From Chlorokybus atmophyticus (lineage: Eukaryota > Plantae > Mesostigma and Chlorokybus algae), in the NCBI GenBank assembly GCA_009103225.1, contig RHPI01000462.1:1-5761 (forward strand): 5,761 nt of DNA, given 5' to 3'. The translations under genes were made by a program, and so were the position numbers. Below are positions 1 to 5,263 of the stretch, piece after piece; position 1 is the stretch's first letter, and each line of letters begins with the position of its first letter. The notes under the pieces are model-generated. The model was not told where the DNA came from and ran no database searches. It saw only the letters and a program-made list of their open reading frames with translations.

Positions 1-17
1 AGAGAGAGATTCTCTAC

Positions 18-1138
18 CTGATTGAACAATGGCCAAGTCTCCTGATTCAAAGCTCGCAGCGTCCGGGCATCTATTGTCTGGTAAATTGGACCCGCGGGGC
101 GGAACAAGACGAACCTCTGCAGCAAGCAACATGTGTTCACCAACCCACACATGCACACATATGCACATACGGCACGTATCACGCGCCAAATAAGAGCCAA
201 TAATCAGTCCAGTTGAGTAGCAAGAACCAACCTTCGTGCCAAGGATGGAGGCTGATGTTGTGTAAAGCAGCTGCCATTTGCCATTGACCAGCGGAGACTT
301 GAGCGACTTCTTGTTGGGGTTCAACCTCTCCAGCTCCCGCGCAAGCTGCAAAGAGATTGAGTACTGCTTTGTGCACAACACTTGCCTCTGAAATGTAATC
401 GCATACATCATACGCAACACGCGAACACAGACATGTTCACGCATGCACGCATCTGGATGCACTGCATCTCAAACTGTGCATGGTAACAGCTGCGATGGCA
501 ACTCTCTGGTCTTTGTGCAGCTTCACAAGCGACAACCATGCACAGTCATGCGCACAAAAATCAACGCAACATTAGCTGCCTTCATAGTAGCATGCATACT
601 TGCATGCATACAATTGTATGCATAGCAAGCAGGACAATCCATAACACCCAGCATGCTGATGTGCATGTGTAGCATGAGCAACAAACAAAAAAGGACAGCA
701 TCATACGACACATCTGCCACAAACCAAATGCATCCAATATGCACAAACAATAACATCAATGTACCCGCCGCCGGCGTCATCTCCGCGCACCTCATCGACC
801 TCCTTCATGTCCTCCTCGTCGGCGGCGGCTCCTCTGGCGAGCGTCTCGATCCGCTGCAGCAGCTCACGCTTCTTGCTCTCCCGCGCCTCCGCAGACGACG
901 CGCCCTTGCGCTTGAACAAGCCTCCCAGCAGCGCCACTGCTGGGAGAGGAGGCAAAGAGCCTGTCCACCTGGCGCCGCCCGTGGTCGGGCGCAGGATCAG
1001 AGCCTTGCCTTTGAGGAACGGCAATGAGGCGGATGACGGAGAGGAGGAGGAAGAGGAGGAGGAAAACGACGACGTTCTCCTGCTGGTCTGACCTGGACGC
1101 ACCGCCAGCGCCACCGGCAGCGCCATCGCCGCCGCCAT
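18..1138 (-). CDS. FBN3: Plastid lipid-associated protein / fibrillin (PAP_fibrillin family, FBN3-like). Spliced and 3'-partial: continues beyond the left edge of the window.
   Basis: Exons on the minus strand: 1138-791 ([16 protein letters not shown]...[16 protein letters not shown]...[28 protein letters not shown]), 345-232 ([38 protein letters not shown]) and 116-18 ([33 protein letters not shown]). Introns 790-346 (GTGCGC..TTGCAG), 231-117 (GTTGGT..CTGCAG) and a donor GTAGAG at 17 are all phase 0 and join without a stop (187 aa in the window). The LxPxxxxLxSxLxNGKWxLxYTTS motif and downstream YQxI..TL...ETWP.FN match my recollection of plant FBN3a/3b. The Ser/Ala/Arg-rich N-terminus resembles a transit peptide. 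An alternative in-frame start exists at 1162. The FBN3 subfamily label is from memory and not from a search. Confidence 0.93.
599..629. repeat. Palindrome/hairpin within fibrillin intron 1
   Basis: 604-623 ATGCATACAATTGTATGCAT is a perfect 20-bp palindrome. It extends by CTTGC (599-603) / GCAAG (625-629) with a 1-nt bulge at 624. Confidence 0.85.
1041..1062. repeat. (GAG)n-type trinucleotide microsatellite encoding the poly-Ser run of the fibrillin transit peptide on the minus strand
   Basis: The plus strand reads GAG GAG GAG GAA GAG GAG GAG G. The minus strand reads TCC/TCT Ser codons ([12 protein letters not shown]). Confidence 0.8.
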
Positions 1139-1162
1139 CGCCACTTCCACACCAACGTGCAT

Positions 1163-1564
1163 TGCAGGATAGTAGGGTTACTGCTACATATTCCCGCATC
1201 CTGCGCCAAAACGCTCTGTACAGCGTGGCAAGCTAAGCTAGTTTAGGCCGACGTGGCCGCGTCACCGACTTGGTGCGCAACAGGTGGCGGTAGGCGCGGC
1301 GGCGGCGGCGGCTGGGGCAGTGGATAGAGTCGGTCGTGTCGACGGCGACGGGGCGAGCATCGGCGCCTACCTTCTTGTTGTTCTTCGTGCGCCGTTGTCG
1401 TGGTTGTTGGCCAGGACATCGGCCAGGGTCGTAGTTAACCTCCTGCCAGGGTTACTCCTGCTCCGCGTTGAGCAGATTGGTCTCAAAGGGAGCGCCCGCC
1501 GCCTAGGTGTCGCCGGTGTACACGTCCGTGAGCCCCGCTCTCTTCCTCTCTTCAGTCGAGCATC
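1163..1564. promoter_or_regulatory. Shared divergent (head-to-head) promoter / 5' UTR interval between the fibrillin and zinc-finger genes, containing a G-box/ABRE-like ACGTGGC at 1251-1257
   Basis: Defined by the positions of the two start codons. The motif is read directly from the sequence (gACGTGGCc). No TSS data and no clear TATA box. Confidence 0.55.
1296..1310 (+). repeat. (GCG)5 microsatellite in the intergenic/5' UTR interval
   Basis: GCGGCGGCGGCGGCG read directly at 1296-1310. Confidence 0.75.
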
Positions 1565-2330
1565 ATGGCACCGGCGCTGGTGCTGGCGCAGGGGGCGTCC
1601 CACCTGCTGGCGCAAGGGGCGCAGGCGGTTGGACTTGTGCTTGGTGTCATGATTGTGCGGGAGCAGCTCATGCCGCCGCAGGTGAGCGTAGAGACACGTT
1701 TACTTGTGCTGTTTGAACTCGAAAGAGTTATCCCTCAACGCATCCACCCTTTCATCGGCCCATCCATCCGCTTGCGTGTCCATGCGATGTCTGTCACCGG
1801 CGGAGGTGTGCATGTGCATGCGGATAGCTTGTGGTAGCTGTATCCATAACTTTCAGCTAGGCCTACGCCTTTGCCTCGCGTTGGGTGCGTGTAGGTGCGT
1901 GCGTGTGCATTTTTGTGTCTTGTGATGCAGTCTCTCAGCTGCCCCTGTCTGCTCCTCCTTCTGCACAGGGTGTTAGGCGGAGCAAGCGTGACGGTCGGCC
2001 CCGTTGCCCTCGTTGCGAAGGTACGGGTCGTGAGGAGTGCTTCGTCTGCTCGCGGTGGTCCGACCGCGCCTCCGCCTCCTCTTCCGGCTGCAGCTGCTGC
2101 GGCGGCTCAGGCACCACACCGTGCCGAACCTGCGGGGGAGGAGGCACAGCCGTGCCAATCCCACTCAAACTACCAACGCACCGCAGGTGGAAAAAAACTT
2201 GCTGCTGGTTTTGGTTGCTTTTGCGACATGGGCTGTTGAGCGGCACTGCACATGCAACCAACCATGTGGCAAACAGTGTTGGTTGTGCGCTTGCTAATGG
2301 TTGTCGTTGGTGGTGCTTGTTTGCAGGTGA
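1565..2330 (+). CDS. Small DnaJ-type cysteine-rich zinc-finger protein without J domain (DnaJ-like/DNAJE type), about 112 aa, with hydrophobic N-terminal segment
   Basis: Exon 1 is 1565-1681 (MAPALVLAQGASHLLAQGAQAVGLVLGVMIVREQLMPPQ), followed by donor CAG|GTGAGC. The in-frame codon series upstream hits TGA at 1529-1531. Exon 2 is 1969-2186, or 1939-2186 with the alternative acceptor (GVRRSKRDGRPRCPRCEGTGREECFVCSRWSDRASASSSGCSCCGGSGTTPCRTCGGGGTAVPIPLKLPTHR). Intron 2187-2326 has a branch-like GCTAAT at 2293-2298 and a TTGCAG acceptor. Exon 3 gives (AG)G TGA at 2327-2330. There are four CxxC(xGxG)-type motifs. The CSRWSD..GC motif and overall layout resemble a small plant family recalled as Arabidopsis At5g43260-like (recall, not a search). 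Confidence 0.85.
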
Positions 2331-2972
2331 CGTGTGTGCTAGGCGCAGTCTGACTGAACGGTGTAAACTGGTCCGAAAGGATAATCAAGCCAACACTGCA
2401 GACATTTTAGGACTGTGGTGGTATGGTGGCGTGTGGCGATAAGGCATGAAGAGTGCATGGACACTTGTGCATATATAGTGTAGGTTGACTTTGTGTACTG
2501 CAGAGTTGTTGGATGCTTGTGATATATGAACTGATGGTGTAGTGTTTGCTTCTAGAGTCCACTGGTGTACGAGAATGTTGCAAACTGTGTTTATCAATGC
2601 TGCCTCTAACATGCATCAATGCGTGATTGGTCAAAACCCACAAGCTCTGTGTTTTTCTACCCGCATATTGTTCTCAGCCCTGGCATCGTGGTCATGTCCT
2701 ACACCCCGCAGAGTACAAAAAGGCTTACTCAACATTCATGCCTATACTGTGTAATTAGGTGAAAATCTATGCATCCACTGAGCAGATATGCTTATACATA
2801 GCAAAACTGAGTGACTGACTGATTTACACTGCATGCATGTGCCCTTGTAGTCGCATTTATGTACCACAAGCCCAACACATTGCTCACTAGTTGATCCACT
2901 TCTCTCTCCATGTTGCTTGATTCCCACCTGGCGGTATGTTGCGCCCTATACAATAGAGGGTTTGTAGGATAT

Positions 2973-3092
2973 CTGCATTCGCCTGAGTGGGGCCCCTTGT
3001 AGTGCGTTAAGGCATTGGCTTGTGTCTCAAGGACTCTGCATGCTTGATGAGTGTGCACACATGTCATCAAGCCAGCAAAGTGAGAAGATTAC
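2973..3092 (-). other. Probable 3' UTR intron of PPT1 starting 8 nt after the stop codon
   Basis: The minus strand reads TAA TGGGGCAG|GTAATC, a strong donor at 3092. The best acceptor is GAATGCAG ending at 2973, with a branch-like TTAAC at 3010-3006. Alternative acceptors are at 3036 and 2928. Confidence 0.5.
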
Positions 3093-3100
3093 CTGCCCCA

Positions 3101-5127
3101 TTACTCCAGACTCAGGGCAGGTACAATGACGGAGTCATACAACAGGGTTGTTATATGCAGATGTTGTCCCGGTGATGAGATATAAGCCACTCTTCCAGCT
3201 TTGTCCAGCTGCTGCAGCCCAACCCAATCCTCGCGATACAACTCAGTCTGCACACATAACAATATCAGCATACTTGCTCTCCTCAACCCCAACAAAAGAT
3301 TGTGCACCAAAGAGTAATGGCTGCAACGCACCTCATTCGGCGCAAGTGTCCTAGTCCTTGTACCCTCCTCGTAGAACCCGAACCAGGCCGTCTCGGGTGG
3401 ATCCAGCACTGTATCCTCATTAAACTGGCAGTAAAGTCTGGATGTTAGCAACACAAGGACGCAAGCAGAAGCGGTAAGCAAGCAACTGCATGCAAATGCA
3501 GTATGCGCATACATTACCTTTACAAGTACTAGCAAATTCAAACTGGCAATGCTACCACGACTTTTGTCGTGGGAAAACTCGTTGTTGAGGTACGGCAGGA
3601 AACGACACCCCTTCTGATACGCAGCAATCGCCTGCCGGAATAGCACATAATGTGTGAACCACCAGCATGCTTGCACTTAGGTAAGTGGCGTGGCAGTTGT
3701 TATGCACGACCAACTGCGCACCAGAGGGTCTTTCACATAGCCGGCAGGGCCAAGATGGTCCTGCAGGGTACAGGCGTGTATAGTGCACAGCTTGTATTGA
3801 ATATGGACAGCTTACAGCATCCAAAGAACTAACCTGTACGTAAGCTGAGTACAACTCCAGCTTGATCAGACGGTCAATAAGCGCGCACACCAGAGGTGAC
3901 TGGCACAAAACGCCCAGTTTAGCCATTTACAGTAAAACAACATGCTGTTTGCAATGTCCATCAACGTGGTTTAATATCCATGCGCACCAACTCCATACCC
4001 CGCAAAATGGCACCGAGGCGGTGCCTGCATGGGGCCCTCCCAAGGAGATGAAGTTGTGAACCTGTCATTGCCAAGCGAGTTCAACCAGTGCCCAGAGAGT
4101 TTCACTAATCCACGGTTATACTATGAAAAAGGTGTACCTTGGGAGCGTCTTCACACCACTGAATGATGCCACGGGCAATCAGGTTTCCCTGCAAGTAGTC
4201 GAAGCATACACATCAGTGTCATGCAAGTCACTGTGACTTGAGGCTGTTAAGTTGAAAACAGCTTACCTGTGAGAACCCGAGGATGTTGAAACCGTCCTTC
4301 AGAACAGGTGACGCCTTCACCTGGACATGGGGTCAACTTTATGGGTAGGCTGCAGTGCGTGCAGTGCCGTCGCCAGCCAGTAGTAGCAACCAAGTCTTGC
4401 GTCTCACCTTTTCGCACATGATTTCAACCTGCCAATACGAATGATACCTGTTTGGCTTGACCAGTGGTCAACAACCGACCATGCGCCTATCTACAATACT
4501 CTGCTGGTACCTGCTTGTCAATAGGCATGAACCATGAATCCAGTGCGCCACTGCCAACTTCTCTGTTCATGAATACGTCAGAGAGTGTCAATGACAGCAT
4601 CCCAAAACGTGCATGGCATCATATGCCGTATATGACATGTAAGCCACATTCCGAACATTATGCTACCCACTACAATGCAACCGAAAACGTACATGCACAT
4701 GCCAGTGGCTCCAGTGTGCTCCGCAAGTTGCTTCACGAAATGGGCGCTCGCTGGGATGTTGCACTGGTCACCCAAGCCTGCATGCAGATTGAGCGCACAT
4801 CAGCTGTTGAACAAGTACTCTCGCAGAGGACGACACAGCAGAAACAGTCCAGCTCCTGGCAGTGGTGTAGGACGCAAGACAGCAGTGACTTGTCAGGCTT
4901 GCAGTCTGGCAGAGCACAACCACAGTGGAATTGGACAAGCGAAGCCTCGATTGCTATCACAATCAGACCTCCCTACCGTGCATGACAACAAAGGGAAGCG
5001 GCTGTCGCGGTTCCCCATCGGTCTCCGCCGCGGAGAGAGGCGCCCGCCGTGCCGCGTGCGCAATTGTCCAGAGCCAGCATAGCACGCACAGCATCAACAT
5101 CCTGCAAGACGTCGCCCATGCCGCCAT
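3101..5127 (-). CDS. PPT1: Palmitoyl-protein thioesterase (PPT1 family, alpha/beta hydrolase), 311 aa, 12 coding exons, N-terminal signal peptide
   Basis: Minus-strand exons: 5127-4977, 4777-4693, 4562-4511, 4428-4408, 4320-4267, 4188-4138, 4061-3999, 3899-3834, 3760-3722, 3631-3518, 3424-3332, 3247-3101. They sum to 936 nt (311 aa + TAA), and all 11 introns are GT-AG. The joined protein reads MAAWATSCRMLMLCVLCWLWTIAHA (signal-like)...LPFVVMHGLGDQC...GMCIEVGSG.LDSWFMP...VEIMCEK...GFNILGFSQGNLIARG...VHNFISLGGPHAG...PFCG...C...YVQDHLGPAGYVKDP...FLPYLNNE...LVLVKFNEDTVLDPPETAWFGFY...ETELYREDWVGLQQLDKAG...PGQHLHI...VIVPALSLE. The nucleophile elbow GFSQG, catalytic Asp (FNEDT) and His (GQHL) align with the known PPT1 triad. 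Confidence 0.95.
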
Positions 5128-5165
5128 CCTCGCCGCCGTCTCCGCCGCAGCCCTGACTCACCAAC

Positions 5166-5177
5166 CGCCACGTGGCG
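5166..5177. promoter_or_regulatory. Perfect 12-bp palindromic G-box (CGCCACGTGGCG) just upstream of the PPT1 start codon
   Basis: The sequence is self-complementary and contains the canonical GCCACGTGGC G-box. It lies 39 nt upstream of the ATG at 5127. Function is inferred. Confidence 0.55.
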
Positions 5178-5216
5178 ATAAGTTGCCTCACATGCCCTGG
5201 GCTGCAGCCTGTCGCC

Positions 5217-5263
5217 CTCTGCTGTACCATCGTAGGTACCTACTGTACGATAGTGCAGCAGAG
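5217..5263. repeat. Imperfect inverted repeat (18-bp arms, 11-nt loop)
   Basis: CTCTGCTGTACCATCGTA (5217-5234) pairs with TACGATAGTGCAGCAGAG (5246-5263), giving 16 Watson-Crick pairs, 1 T.G wobble and 1 C.A mismatch. Confidence 0.8.

Noticed and set aside
406-707. 9-bp direct repeat CATCATACG (406-414, 699-707) as target-site duplication of an intronic transposon
   Set aside because: No terminal inverted repeats or poly(A) tail inside, and a 9-mer repeat is likely by chance in a 445-nt compositionally biased intron.
701-790. C-terminal part of ORF 701-1162 ([13 protein letters not shown]...)
   Set aside because: Read-through into intron 1. Family similarity resumes only after splicing at 790 to 345.
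346-790. Intron-encoded C/D snoRNA in fibrillin intron 1 (ATGATG box C-like motifs on the sense strand)
   Set aside because: No downstream box D (CTGA) on the sense strand and no terminal stem.
1175-1182. Telo-box-like TAGGGTTA
   Set aside because: Mismatch to AAACCCTA, single copy, and no accompanying site II elements.
653-1236. Plus-strand ORFs 653-1027, 759-1091 and 1024-1236, and minus-strand ORFs 864-1199 and 997-1209
   Set aside because: Antisense or off-frame shadows of the GC-rich fibrillin exon 1. The poly-Glu and poly-Arg runs come from the poly-Ser repeat.
1240-1560. Minus-strand coding-like frame (DVYTGDT*AAGAPFETNLLNAEQE*...KNNKK) suggesting a pseudogene or TAA/TAG=Gln code
   Set aside because: No recognisable family. 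The three real genes contain no in-frame TAA/TAG in about 610 codons and PPT1 ends in TAA, so the standard code applies.
1885-2442. 185-aa single-exon gene as given by the ORF track
   Set aside because: It starts at a non-ATG codon inside a TG-rich intron and runs through the second intron. The spliced model has good splice signals and matches family length.
3101-3676. 191-aa ORF as a stand-alone gene
   Set aside because: It is PPT1 exons 10-12 plus two stop-free introns and part of intron 9.
5102-5161. Possible 60-nt 5' intron (TG|GTGAGT at 5161 to TTGCAG at 5102) that would remove the first PPT1 ATG and start at Met10
   Set aside because: Shorter than every supported intron in the window, GC-rich, with no branch point or pyrimidine tract. 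The donor look-alike coincides with the TGACTCA motif.
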